The position numbers were made by a program, and so were the translations under genes. 37,422 nucleotides of DNA from Callorhinchus milii. Taxonomy: Eukaryota. The notes under the pieces were generated by a model that saw nothing but the letters and a program-made list of their open reading frames with translations, was not told where the DNA came from and did not search any database. The DNA lies in the NCBI RefSeq assembly GCF_018977255.1, contig NW_024705519.1:1-37422 (forward strand), in the 5' to 3' direction. Shown one piece after another: positions 1-10,896 of this stretch (the first letter of the stretch is position 1; every line of letters begins with the position of its first letter).

Positions 1-26
1 ATTTATGGACGGCGAATTCGCGATGT

Positions 27-146
27 AGAGAGACTCATAGAGATACTTATACTCATAGAGATACTTAGCGATACAGAGAGACTCATAGAGATACTTATAC
101 TCATAGAGATACTTTGCGATACAGAGAGACTCATAGAGATACTTAG
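27..146 (+). repeat. Tandem repeat, 48-bp unit, ~2.5 copies (built from ACTCATAGAGATACTT subunits)
   Basis: The unit AGAGAGACTCATAGAGATACTTATACTCATAGAGATACTTAGCGATAC starts at 27, 75 and 123. Confidence 0.9.
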
Positions 147-639
147 AGGCTGAAAACTGGGCTGGGTTTCTACCAAATCTCACCCAGCCGGCTCAACGAA
201 ACTCAACAAACTAACGCGCAAGTGTTTAGTCTTCTGCTAAAGGTTGCTTAGATGGTGGGGTAGGGTGTAAATGTGGGAGTGGAGGTGTTTTGGTCGCATA
301 AATCCGCCGCCTCAAAGGACTTTGACTCCCCAGAGCAGAGTTCTGCATTCAGCCGCGAGCCTCGGGGCAGGGATCGTCGCCTGAGCGACTGCGCGTAGCG
401 AGCAGGCGAGGGACTCAGGTGGGTGGCGGCGTTCTTTTACACGTGGAAATGAGACGATTCTATGATAACAGTAACAACAGTAGAGATGCTCAGACACGTA
501 AATGTAACGTGGCGTTCTTTTGGTTCCGGCTGAAATCACGGGGCCACGGTTGTATTTTAGTTGACAGCCGAAATAGTTGAACGTTTCAGCTCTGTCCTGT
601 CTACTACCATCGTGCCGTCTGTGACGAGGTGGGACTGTC

Positions 640-1575
640 TGAGTGGTGCACTCTGTGTGTGTACTGTACTCTGTGTGTGTACTGCACTCTGTGTGTACTG
701 TACTCTGTGTGTGTACTGTACTCTGTGTGTGTACTGCACTCTGTGTGTACTGTACTCTGTGTGTGTACTGTACTCTGTGTGTGTACTGTACTCTGTGTGT
801 GTACTGTACTCTGTGTGTACTGTACTCTGTGTGTACTGTACTCTGTGTGTGTACTGTACTCTGTGTGTACTGTACTCTGTGTGTACTGTACTGTGTGTAC
901 TGTACTCTGTGTGTACTGTACTCTGTGTGTGTACTGTACTCTGTGTGTACTGTACTCTGTGTGTACTGTACTCTGTGTGTACTGTACTCTGTGTGTACTG
1001 TACTCTGTGTGTACTGTACTCTGTGTGTACTGTACTCTGTGTGTACTGTACTATGTGTGTACTGTACTCTGTGTGTACTGTACTCTGTGTGTACTGTACT
1101 ATCTGCGTACTGTACTATCTGCGTACTGTACTATCTGCGTACTGTACTCTGTGTGTGTACTGTACGTTGTGTATACTGTACTCTGTGTGTACTGACTGTA
1201 CACTGTATATAATGTGGTGTAGTCTGTCTGTGTGTTGACTGTTTACACTGTGTAGACTGGTGTATTGTGTGTATGTGTACTGACCGTGTAGTCTGTGTAT
1301 AGTGTGTTGTGTACTCTGCGTGTGTGTGTACTGTGTGTACACTATGTATAATGTGTGATGTATTGTGTGTACTGACTGTGTGTACACTGTATACTGTGGT
1401 ATACTCCGTGTGTGTACTGACTGTGTATACTGTCCAGTGTACTGTTTTGTGTACTGACTGTGTGTACTTTGTGTATACTGTGTGGTGTAGTGTGTGTGCA
1501 CTGACCGTATGTACAGACGGAGTGTGGTATACTAACAGTATATATTATGTGTGTATTGTTGTTTTGTATTGTGTG
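640..1575. repeat. Minisatellite (CTGTACTCTGTGTGTA; 16/18-bp units), degenerating after ~1200
   Basis: Directly visible periodicity. It produces stop-free Cys/Val/Tyr ORFs in all three plus frames. Confidence 0.95.
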
Positions 1576-1802
1576 TCGATATAATTATCTGACCCACAAC
1601 TCTTTACGGGACATCTGTAACAAAGTGATTCATAGCTCCATCCGTATTACTCCTTCAGTTCATAAATACAGATCCTCATATTGTCTATAACAGCGGAGCC
1701 AAACCGGTTGATCGCGTTAACCAGTAACCCGAACTAATCGTAACCCGGCCAACAATTACGTGGCCTTGAGGGGTGGTGGTTTGACGGCTTCTTGTTCTGT
1801 GG

Positions 1803-1981
1803 CAGGGTCAGATTTCGGCCTCGGCTAAGCGAGCTCCAGCTAAGTCAGCCTACATTCATTAACGACGGGGCCCTCTTAAGTCTGAACAAAACTTACAATT
1901 GGACACACGTTGTACTTTTTTTACATAGCCCGTTGAAAAAGAGATATCTTAGGGCCCCAGCATTGTCATAAACCGCCCATG
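1803..1981. mobile_element. Short MITE-like element (hAT-like CAGGG...CCCTG-type ends); partial second copy at ~2396-2451
   Basis: Both copies share GGGGCCCTCTTAAG and CTTAGGGCCCCAGCATT blocks. The second copy ends ACCTGGCCCTG. No clean TSD seen. Confidence 0.4.
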
Positions 1982-1984
1982 CTT

Positions 1985-2305
1985 GGGGCTAGGTAGATGT
2001 TAACTACCTCGCCTGGGGTACAGGAGGTCGTGAGTTCCATCCCGACCCTGACGATGCCTGCTGCTGTTTATTTGTAATTTTTCTCTGTCTCTCCCCGTAG
2101 TGGTCACTGCGTGGATTTTTCTCCGAGTTCTCCGGTTTTTCCCTCCCCTTTAGAATCAACGTGATGCGTTTAGAGTGTTTGGCTGCAGCTTTAAATCTCC
2201 ACATAATGATGATGATAGCCACTTCGTTGAGCTATAATTTGTGGTGGCCAGGTCGCTTCTGAAAAAGATCTACACAGCTCAGTGGACCTTACCTGGTAAA
2301 ATTAA
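1985..2305 (+). mobile_element. tRNA-derived SINE (family A)
   Basis: B-box-like GAGTTCCATCCC, central GGATTTTTCTCCGAGTTCTCCGGTTTTTCCCTCCC block and a LINE-like tail ...CAGGTCGCTTCTGAAAAAG...CCTTACCTGGTAAAAT. Related copies at 10076-10397, 10412-10573 and 35762-35952; tail-only copy at ~2692-2772. Confidence 0.75.
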
Positions 2306-3175
2306 CATAGTTAAGTCTCTATGTATCTCTGCATTTCTATGCATATATGTGGTGTCTCTCTGTGTATCTGTGTGCTGTATTCATTCCGATATGATGGGGC
2401 CTCTTAAGCCGACGTAGCTTAGGGCCCCAGCATTTTCATAACCTGGCCCTGTTCCACGGTGACATCGATCAATTAATCAGTTTTTGTTTTATTTGCTAAT
2501 CTCGCCCTCTATTAAGCAGGCATCATTGCAGATTTCCCCGCACGTCCGTGTAGCATGGTTGTCTATTTACGGTGTGAAATACGTTTAATAAAAATGCATA
2601 TACTCCTGTATGGTTCTCATTGCATATCTGTGCGTCTCTATGAATCTCTAGGCATTTTGATCACTGTAAATTTGGACGTGGTGATACGCTACCTCTTTGA
2701 GCTATAATTTGTGGCCAGGTTGCTTCTAAAAAAGAACTACATAGCCCGGTGAGCCTTACCTGGTGAAATAACGAAAAAGATAGTTCAGTTGAAATTTTTT
2801 TAAACGGGAAATTAAATAAATATTAAATAAAGAAGCAGATACAGGGTAGACGAGTCTGACCAGGTGCGTCTTGTACAGAGCACGGGAATTGAGCGCGACG
2901 CTCGACAAGTTTTGGGTGTCGCTATTGCAGATACGCAATTGCCTTTTGGAAGAACAAATTTGAACTAAAGTTCAGCCATTCCGCAAACACCCTGGTGCTC
3001 AGCTGTTGTCGAGTAGCCCCACTTCTCCGGTGGACAGAACACAACACGGAGTTACATCTACTCAAAAATGTCTCCAAACTTTATTTTGTTGTTGTTGTCT
3101 ATTTAGCCCACCTGTCCCACCTCGTTAGGATTTGCGGGAGCAGAGGGACAGCAGAGCGGATCGGCTCCACTTAGC

Positions 3176-3432
3176 ATGGCAGCGGCGGCAGCAGCAGGTG
3201 GCCGGGACCGGGGCCTGGAGGAGGAACTGACTTGCTCCATTTGCCTGCAACTCTACGTCGACCCCGTGCTGCTGGGCTGCCCACACACCTTCTGCAGAGA
3301 GTGCATCGTGAGCGCGTGGCGCGACGGTGCCTGCGCCTGCCCCGAGTGCCGCAGGGTCTTGCCCTTTGGCTCCAAGGAGGAGATGCGGCTGCAGCTCGTG
3401 AAAAACTTCAAGCTGGCCAGCATCGTGGACAG
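3176..3432 (+). CDS. TRIM-family E3 ubiquitin ligase, exon 1: C3HC4 RING finger
   Basis: ATG at 3176. LEEELTCSICLQLYVDPVLLGCPHTFCRECI...CPECR...LVKNFKLASIV is a canonical TRIM RING N-terminus. A phase-2 donor AG|GTCCTG at 3432/3433 joins in frame to exon 2. Confidence 0.9.
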
Positions 3433-3615
3433 GTCCTGGTCCCCGGAAAAGATAGTTAGTTGGTTAGTTGGTGGGTTAGTCCATTGGTTTAGTAAATTAC
3501 ATTTGTTGAGCCAGCTGGCTCGTATTGGGAAAAATTTAGCCCACTTTTCACCCAGTCTCTGTCGATCCTATGTGTCTCTGTATACCTCTTTGAGTCTCCC
3601 ATGTGTCTATATGTA

Positions 3616-5210
3616 CAGTGAGGGAAAAAAGTATTTGATCCTCTGCTGATTTTGTACGTTTGCCCACTGACAAAGAAATTATCAGTCTATAATTTTAATG
3701 GTAGGTTTATTTGAACAGTGAGAGACAGAATAACAACAAATCCAGATAAACGCATGTCAAAAATGTGAAAAATTGATTTGCATTTTAATGAGGGAAATAA
3801 GTATTTGACCCCTCTGCAAAATATGACTTAGTACTTGGTGGCAAAACCCTTGTTGGCAATCACAGAGGTCAGACGTTTCTTGTAGTTGGCCACCACGTTT
3901 GCACACATCTCAGGAGGGATTTTGTCTCACTCCTCTTTGCAGATTTTCTCCAAGTCATTAAGGTTTCGAGGCTGACGTTTGGCAACTCGAACCTTCAGCT
4001 CTCTCCACAGATTTTCTATGGGATTAAGGTCTGAAGACTGGCTAGGCCACTCCAGGACCTTAATGTGCTTCTTCTTGAGCCACTCCTTTGTTGCCTTGGC
4101 CGTGTGTTTTGGGTCATTGTCATGCTGGAATACCCATCCACGACCCATTTTCAATGCCCTGGCTGAGGGAAGGAGGTTCTCACCCAAGATTTGACGGCCC
4201 CGTCCGTCGTCCCTTTGATGCGGTGAAGTTGTCCTGTCCCTTTAGCAAAAAAACACCCCCAAATCATAATGTTTCCACCTCCATGTTTGACGGTGGGGAT
4301 GGTGTTCTTGGGGTCATAAGCAGCATTCCTCCTCCTCCAAAAACGGCGAGTTGAGTTGATGCCAAAGAGCTCCATTTTGGTCTCATCTGACCACAACACT
4401 TTCACCCAGTTGTCCTCTGAATCATTTAGATGTTCATTGGCAAACTTCAGACGGGCATGTATATGTGCTTTCTTGAGCAGGGGCACCTTGCGGACGCTGC
4501 AGGATTTCAGTCCTTCACGGCGTAGTGTGTTACCAACTGTTTTCTTGGTGACTATGGTCCCAGCTGCCTTGAGACCATTGACAAGATCCTCCCGTGTAGT
4601 TCTGGGCTGATTCCTCACCGTTCTCATGATCATTGCAACTCCACGAGGTGAGATCTTGCATGGAGCCCCAGGCCGAGAGAGATTGACAGTTCTTTTGTGT
4701 TTCTTCCATTTGCGAGTAATCGCACCAACTGTTGTCACCTTCTCACCAAGCTGCTTGGCGATGGTCTTGTATCCAATTCCAGCCTTGTGTAGGTCTACAA
4801 TCTTGTCCTTGACATCCTTGGAGAGCGCTTTGGTCTTGGCCATGGTTGAGAGTTTGGAATCTGATTGGTTGATTGCTTCCATGAACAGGTGTCTTTTATA
4901 CAGGTAACAAGCTGAGATTAGGAGCACTCCCTTTAAGAGTGTGCTCCTAATCTCAGCTCGTTACCTGTCTAAAAGACACCTGGGAGCCAGAAATCTTTCT
5001 GATTGAGAGGGGGTCAAATACTTATTTCCCTCATTAAAATGCAAATCAATTTATAACATTTTTGACATGCATTTTTCTGGATTTTGTTGTTGTTATTCTG
5101 TCTCTCACTGTTCAAATAAACCTACCATTAAAATTATAGACTGATAATTTCTTTGTCAGTGGGCAAACGTACAAAATCAACAGGGGAATAAATACTTTTT
5201 TCCCTCACTG
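3616..5210 (-). mobile_element. Full-length Tc1-family DNA transposon (IR/DR type), 1595 bp
   Basis: TA TSD at 3614-15 and 5211-12. About 200-bp TIRs begin CAGTGAGGGAAAAAAGTATT (3616-~3815 and ~5006-5210), each with an inner direct repeat TGAGGGAAATAAGTATTTGACCC. Confidence 0.97.
3828..4843 (-). pseudogene. Tc1 DD34E transposase, inactivated
   Basis: Starts [22 protein letters not shown] at 4843. Catalytic motifs [14 protein letters not shown] and NPIENLW with D-34-E spacing. Frameshift near 4190-4200, premature TGA at 3927-3929, and natural end ...KGFATKY* at 3828. Confidence 0.93.
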
Positions 5211-5251
5211 TATCTCTGAGTCGCAATACATGTCTATGAGTCTATGTATCC

Positions 5252-8200
5252 CTTTCTTCTTTTGTATGGCATTTTTGGGACAGCAACAGATTACAATTGA
5301 TTTCGAGATTTAATGTTGATTCGACTTCTTCAGGAGTAGCCGCATGGATTTGTTTCAGATCGCCGTTGAATGATCTGATATGTTGCACGGTCTGAGATCT
5401 TGCACCACAGTCACAAACTGGACTCTTGTTAATTTTCTATTTGTGAAGAAAGTGTCCACATTTCCATGGAGTGTCCGGATCTGATTCAAGGAGAACCAGA
5501 TCTTCTTCGGTAGATGAGATCCTGTTTGGAGGATTGCAGGGCCGCTGATGATGGATTTCTGCAAGATTTTGGTGTTTGCCCAAGTTTCCGCTCATCGTGC
5601 TTTGGTGGTCTTGTCATCATCATGTATGTTCTTTGCATATTACAAGAAAGGTTTTCTTGATTTGAGCCTGTGTGGTGGGGGCATGGAGATGTCTTTGTTT
5701 ATTGGGAGGTTTGGATTTATGATAGCCTTGCAATACTCCCTCACAGATGCAGCATTGCGACAGAGCTGTGGAGGATCGATATTTGCGAGGACCGAAAGCC
5801 ACGGCAACGGTGTGCTCTTTAGCATCCCTGAGATGACCCTCATGGATGCATTTTTGTGCCCACCAGCTTTGTGTGCATGCTTTTATTCCAGGCTAGGGCA
5901 CAATATCCTGCCGCAGAGAAGACTAGTGCTGTGGTGGCCGTCCGGAGTGTTGTTGCCTTTGCTCTCCATGTTGTTCCGGCCAGTTTATGCACGAGATTAA
6001 CTCGCGATTTTGTTGTTACAGCAGCATTCTGCAGGTTTTGTGGAAGGTGAGGCTGCTGGCAAGAGTTACACCGAGGTATTTGATGTACTTGTCGTGCTGG
6101 ACCTCTTCGCCACAGAAAGTGACGGCCAGTTTCTGGTCGGCGCTTGCATTGTTCAGATGGAATAATGTTATAACAGTGTTCCTTGGGTTTGGGCGGAGCC
6201 TCCAGTACTTCAAGTACGTTTTGAGTTTCTTGAGGTCTCCGCACAGGTCACTTTTGACCTCAATTTTGAGTCATTCTTTGGACGGCAAGTGCTAGGTCAT
6301 CGGCGTAGCCAAATTTCCGGCCGTCGGTGACAGGGAGGTCACATATCTATGTATGTTAAAAGTGCCACAGCAAGCACTGATCCTTGTGGGAGCCCGTTAC
6401 TGAGGAAGCGGGCTCTGCTGACAGTGTTCTCTAGGTGGACATGGTATGGCTGGTTGGACAGTAGCGATGATAGAAGTCTGAGGGTCTACTGGCATCGGAT
6501 GACCTTAGCTTTAGCACGAGGCCTTCCCACCATACTGTGTCATCGGCCAGTGATAGGTCTATGAAAGCGGCTCCTGTGATTTTTTGCACTGGTAGCCAGC
6601 TTCAATGTGTGTGGTGAGTGCCAACACTTGATAGCAAATGCAGTGGCCAGGGTGGAAGCCAGCCTGTTCAGTTGGTATAGTTTCCTCGAAGATCGGTGAC
6701 ATACAGGTCAGTAGCATCCTCTATAGGAGTCTGTACACTGTAAAAAGCAGGGATATGGGGCAGAACTTATTTGGGTTTGCGGTTGACTTCCGGAATGGCA
6801 ATGATCTTCATTTGTCGCCATTTTTGGGAATTTGCCTGAGGAAATTATGTCTGAAAACAATCTAGCCAGCCAATGGCATCCTTTTTGGCCAAGGTGTTTA
6901 AGAAACTTGGGATAAATCCCATTTAATCTTGTGGCCTTTCCTGATCTAGTGGCTTTTATAGCATCAATGACCTCTTCTTCATTGAAGGGGGATAACAAGG
7001 CTGTTGTCGGTGCACATTCTGCTATTAATTGGTGGAGTTTTTATTTCACTCGCTGTCTTTGCCGATCTGTAGAGATCTTTCCATTCAATAGCATCTGTGT
7101 GGCGATGGCATTGATGGGCACATTGGCGGTCTTGTGTCTCGGTGGTGGTGCTGCTCCTTGGTGTCTCAGGAGACAGCAGGCTTTATGGCTTGAGTGTGTG
7201 AAATCTAATGACTCCATCGCTTCTGTCCACCTTTGGCTCTGAGTTTCCTGACTCTGTATTTCTGGAGTAGGGACTTGCTTTGTCCTTTCCAGCATGGAGT
7301 GTATTCTGCCAAGTAACCCCATGGAATTTGTGAGTGGGCTGCTTGAGCATAATCTTGGTGAAACGTTCATAGTTTTCTGACTTTGTTGGATTCTGGGAGA
7401 CAGTGCATACGATGTCTTCAATAAAAGATTCCCAGTTGCCCTTTCTTAAGTTGCATCGTGGCACAGGGGTGGACGTGATCATCAGAATTTTGACCCCGAT
7501 GTGCACCAAGCCTGGCCTGTGCTAACTGTTCGGGAATTGTCTAGAACCATTCTGGAAGCACACAGCGGTTCACCCGAACAGGAACACGACACAAAGCACG
7601 GGTAAGGGTTTGAATCCATCTTCCATCGTGCGGAATGGAAGGTGCCTTGATCTTTAGCATCAAACAGAATGAACAGATAACTAGTTGCTGCCCAGTCGAT
7701 GACCCATTCTTCACAGGTTTCATTGGTTGAATACACCAGGCCATGTGATGGCTGTTGAAGTCACCTGCGAAAACCGCGGGATGGGTCGCAGCAGGCAGCA
7801 TGTTTGGGCTCCATGTGGTTCTTGGAGGTTTATATACATTTATCACAGATACATAATTGATTTTGACGATGATGATGGATGTCGGTATGTTGTTTTCTGC
7901 GTTCGTTGTGGTGAGGTCCTTGAAATGGAATTTCACGTGACGTCGGTAGTCCCTGCTTGGGATGGTGGTAGCTGGCAGGAATTTTCATTTTTGAGGCTCT
8001 CGTCGTCAGCTGTACAGGAGTTTCTTGGAGCAGGAGCGCGTCGAGCCATCTGGATTGCGAGGAAATGTCCCAGCAAGTCGCACTTCGGCCTTGATATATA
8101 CTTCTACATTTAGATAGCAGAAACGTAGTGACGGCCCTATTCTGTGGTAAGTTTGGCAATGAAAAGGATCTTTGGTGTTGTAATCCTGATCAGGAGGGCC

Positions 8201-8289
8201 ATTTTGACATTCAATCACTGGGATGATAACATCAGTTTGTGACAAGCACGTTACAGTGCAGACCATGGGTAGATTGCCATCTTCTCCAC
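5252..8289 (-). mobile_element. Degenerate ~3-kb non-LTR retrotransposon (APE + RT + C-terminal Cys/His motif), Vingi/Ingi-like
   Basis: Fragmented ORFs. APE motifs: LRFCYLNVE, DALLLQET, VINVYKPP, AGDFNSHH, FDAKDQGTFHSARW. RT motifs: FNEEEVIDAIK, RKFGYADDLA (~6290-6320), KYLGVTL. C-terminal CDCG..QT..HI at ~5385-5425. Clade assignment is from motif memory, not a search. Confidence 0.85.
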
Positions 8290-8900
8290 CTATGTATCTC
8301 GTTTAGTCTCTATGTATCTCTTAGTCTCTGTATCTATTAATTTCCTATGTATCCCTAATGAGTCTCTATGTATCTCAATATATATGTATCTCATCTCGAT
8401 GAGTCTGTTTAACACGTAGGCTTTCGCGACCAATATACTCCATAATACAGGTTTTTTGGGTTAGATCACGTAAATCTATAAATGTGTCTTTAAACCCGCC
8501 ACCACCTGACACAGCCAATTTAGTAAGGTTTGTCACATAGACAGAACATGCCAATTCGTTACTAGTACAGCACACAACATTTACAAGCTGAGTACTCAGA
8601 TTGTAAATGTTGTGGTTTTGCTCGCCAACACACCAGTGTGCTGTGTTAGTAACAAATTGGCATGTTCTTTTTACTTGACAAACCTTACTAATTGGATGTG
8701 TCGGGTGGTGGCAGGTTTTACGACATATTTATGTATTTGCTCTATGAGTCTCTATTACATCTCTATGTATCCCTATGAGTCTCTGTATCTCTATGAGTAT
8801 CTAAATATCTTTATCTCTACGAATCCATACGTATCTCTACGTATCTCTATGAGTATTTATGTATCTATGTGGCTCTGAATCCATATGTATCTTTATGAGT
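8290..8900. repeat. ~10-bp-period TATGTATCTC/TATGAGTCTC low-complexity tract, interrupted by a fold-back element
   Basis: Visible decamer periodicity at 8290-8400 and 8740-8900. The same tract occurs at 3560-3613, 5213-5250, 2312-2380 and (opposite strand) 28430-28850. Confidence 0.8.
8435..8739. mobile_element. Fold-back/MITE-like palindromic element; half copy at ~9683-9858
   Basis: Arms of ~100 bp (8478-8575 vs 8636-8732) are reverse complements. Central 42-bp palindrome at 8573-8614 has one mismatch. Confidence 0.8.
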
Positions 8901-9179
8901 CGGTTAGTTTATTAAGTTTGCTGAGCCAGCTGACCAGGATGTGGCAAAACCCATCCCACTTTTCACCCAGAAAACTGAAGAGCAGCATATACTAAGCATT
9001 ACTCACCTTACATTAAAACTGACAACATTTCAGAATCAGAGTTAAAATTAAACAACACTACTTCCTAGGATATGTTAATTCGAAATGGTTATTTTCTCTC
9101 TATTTCTGTATGGTGCTCTGAAGCCCTATTTTGGGTCTGCTGCGCCTTATATACACGTTCATAGTAATAATAAAGAGTG

Positions 9180-9527
9180 ACCAAGGTAAAAGTAAGAAAA
9201 CGGTTGCACCTTCTTTGGTGCAACCAAATGATGCAGGCATTGATGGGAAGGAAACTGGCACTATTTGGACAGAATAGTGCCAGTTTTAGGATGGACAACA
9301 ACAACATTTTAAAGTGTGGTGTTGTTGTTTGAGGAAAATTTTAAGGAACCGGAAAGAGTGAAAGACAAAAACAGAGAATGGATTGACGACGACTTTATAA
9401 GAGATTGGTGCTGAAAAGACATGGCACTATTGGAGTCATATTGGCACTACAAGATGAAGAAAAGTGGAAAGTAATGACTGTTTCAGTGGACACCTACTAT
9501 GGGGGCTATCAACCCATGGATGATGAT
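9180..9527 (+). mobile_element. Old RTE-like LINE 3' fragment
   Basis: Degenerate LMGRKLALFG...RMDNN...REWIDD...DW motifs typical of RTE C-termini, followed by a short (GAT)n tail. Confidence 0.45.
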
Positions 9528-10075
9528 AAATAATTGTAAAAAGCATCAAATTACAGAGGTAGGCTTATGACATTTTTCGTGATTTATAACACGTTGTGGA
9601 TTTACAGAACAGGCATGATGCTCCCACATCTTAAGACGCTGCTGTGTAGAAACAGAGCAAGTACGCAACCCACAACATGCTGTATACCATAATTAAGGTT
9701 TTTTAGGGTTAGATCGCGTAAATATAAACGTGTCGTTAAACCTGCCACCGCCCAACACAGCCAATTAGTAAGGTGCGTCACGTAAACAAAATGTGCCAAT
9801 TCGTTACTAGTTCAGCACACTGGTGTTTTGGAAAGTAATCCCACAACATTTACAAAATACCATGTATGTATGTATAACCTCTTTCACACCGTACATAGCC
9901 AACCGTGCTAATTGGAGGTGACGGGGGAAGGACAACAAACTAAACTCAAAAAAACTCCCGGTCTCTGGAGTTGTCATCTGGTTAAACAAATTATACTTGT
10001 AACCTGAAACTGTCTTTTGTCTCGCGAGTCCCTACTCATGTTTCGTGACAGTACAATACTAAACGAAACTCTTTT

Positions 10076-10397
10076 ACATTTTACCAGATAAGGCCCACTG
10101 AGCTATATAGCTTTTTTTCAGAAGTGACCTGTCTATAACAAATGAATGCTCAACCAACTGGATTATCATCACGTGGAAATTCATAGCAGAAGTCAAATAC
10201 TCTAAGCTCATGATTGTTGATTCTAAACGTGGAGGGGGAAAATGGAGGACCCGGAAAAAAATCCATGCAACCACTACGGGAGAGAGAGGCAGACTCCAAA
10301 TATACAGAAGCAACCACTGTCAGGGTATGGGATCGAACACACGACCTCCTGCATACCAGGCAGGGTAGTTAACATCTCTGCACCGCGATACCCCAGT
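10076..10397 (-). mobile_element. tRNA-derived SINE family A, near full length
   Basis: Reverse-complement match to 1985-2305 including the B box (GGGATCGAAC on + strand), central block and tail. Confidence 0.8.
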
Positions 10398-10411
10398 GTT
10401 TGTTGTTATAA

Positions 10412-10573
10412 ATGCAGAGGGGAAAACTGGACAACCAAGGAAAAATCCATAAGACCACAGGGAGAATGAACACCCACACTCTAAATGTATAGCAGATTTC
10501 GGGGTCGGGATCAAACCCACGACCTCCTGTGCACCAGCTGAGATAGTTAACATCTTGCCACCGTGGTGCCCCA
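10412..10573 (-). mobile_element. tRNA-derived SINE, 5' half (family A-related)
   Basis: GGGATCAAACCCACGACCTCCTG...AGTTAACATC matches the adjacent copy. Confidence 0.7.
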
Positions 10574-10646
10574 ATGTGGACAATTGAGCTACGGGAGATA
10601 TAGCCGCTATTCACGGTCGCTCAGTGAAGACTGTTTGTACCAATAG

Positions 10647-10869
10647 GTTCTCAAGTCTCAGCCCGGAGGGGGAACGGCCGCGGAAGGAGCTCAACCCGAG
10701 CTTGGCACTAGCGAGGCCCCCGAATCTGGACCTCTGTGCTCAGCATGGCAAGGCACTTGTCATGTTCTGCCAGGAGCATGGGGCGTCTGTGTGCGCCGAC
10801 TGTGTCACGAGCGGTGCACACCGGGGCCACAAGCTCACGTCAACAGAGGAGGCTGATCGGCAGGCAAAG
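10647..10869 (+). CDS. TRIM exon 2: linker + B-box type 2 + start of coiled coil
   Basis: Acceptor ...TTTGTACCAATAG|G completes the Arg codon AG|G from exon 1. CAQHGKALVMFCQEHGASVCADCVTSGAHRGH is a B-box2. Strong phase-0 donor AAG|GTGAGG at 10869/10870. Confidence 0.9.
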
Positions 10870-10896
10870 GTGAGGTGCTCTGAACACGGCAACCGC

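Noticed and set aside
561..1584. Cys/Val/Tyr-rich ORFs of up to 225 aa
   Set aside because: They are translations of a stop-free minisatellite, open in all frames.
2760..3175. TRIM promoter with immune elements (ISRE/NF-kB/CEBP-like)
   Set aside because: Only partial short matches are present, not distinguishable from chance without data.
3433..3649. C-terminal extension of the 157-aa RING ORF
   Set aside because: It is read-through into intronic repeat and Tc1 TIR; an in-phase splice to the B-box exon explains the gene better.
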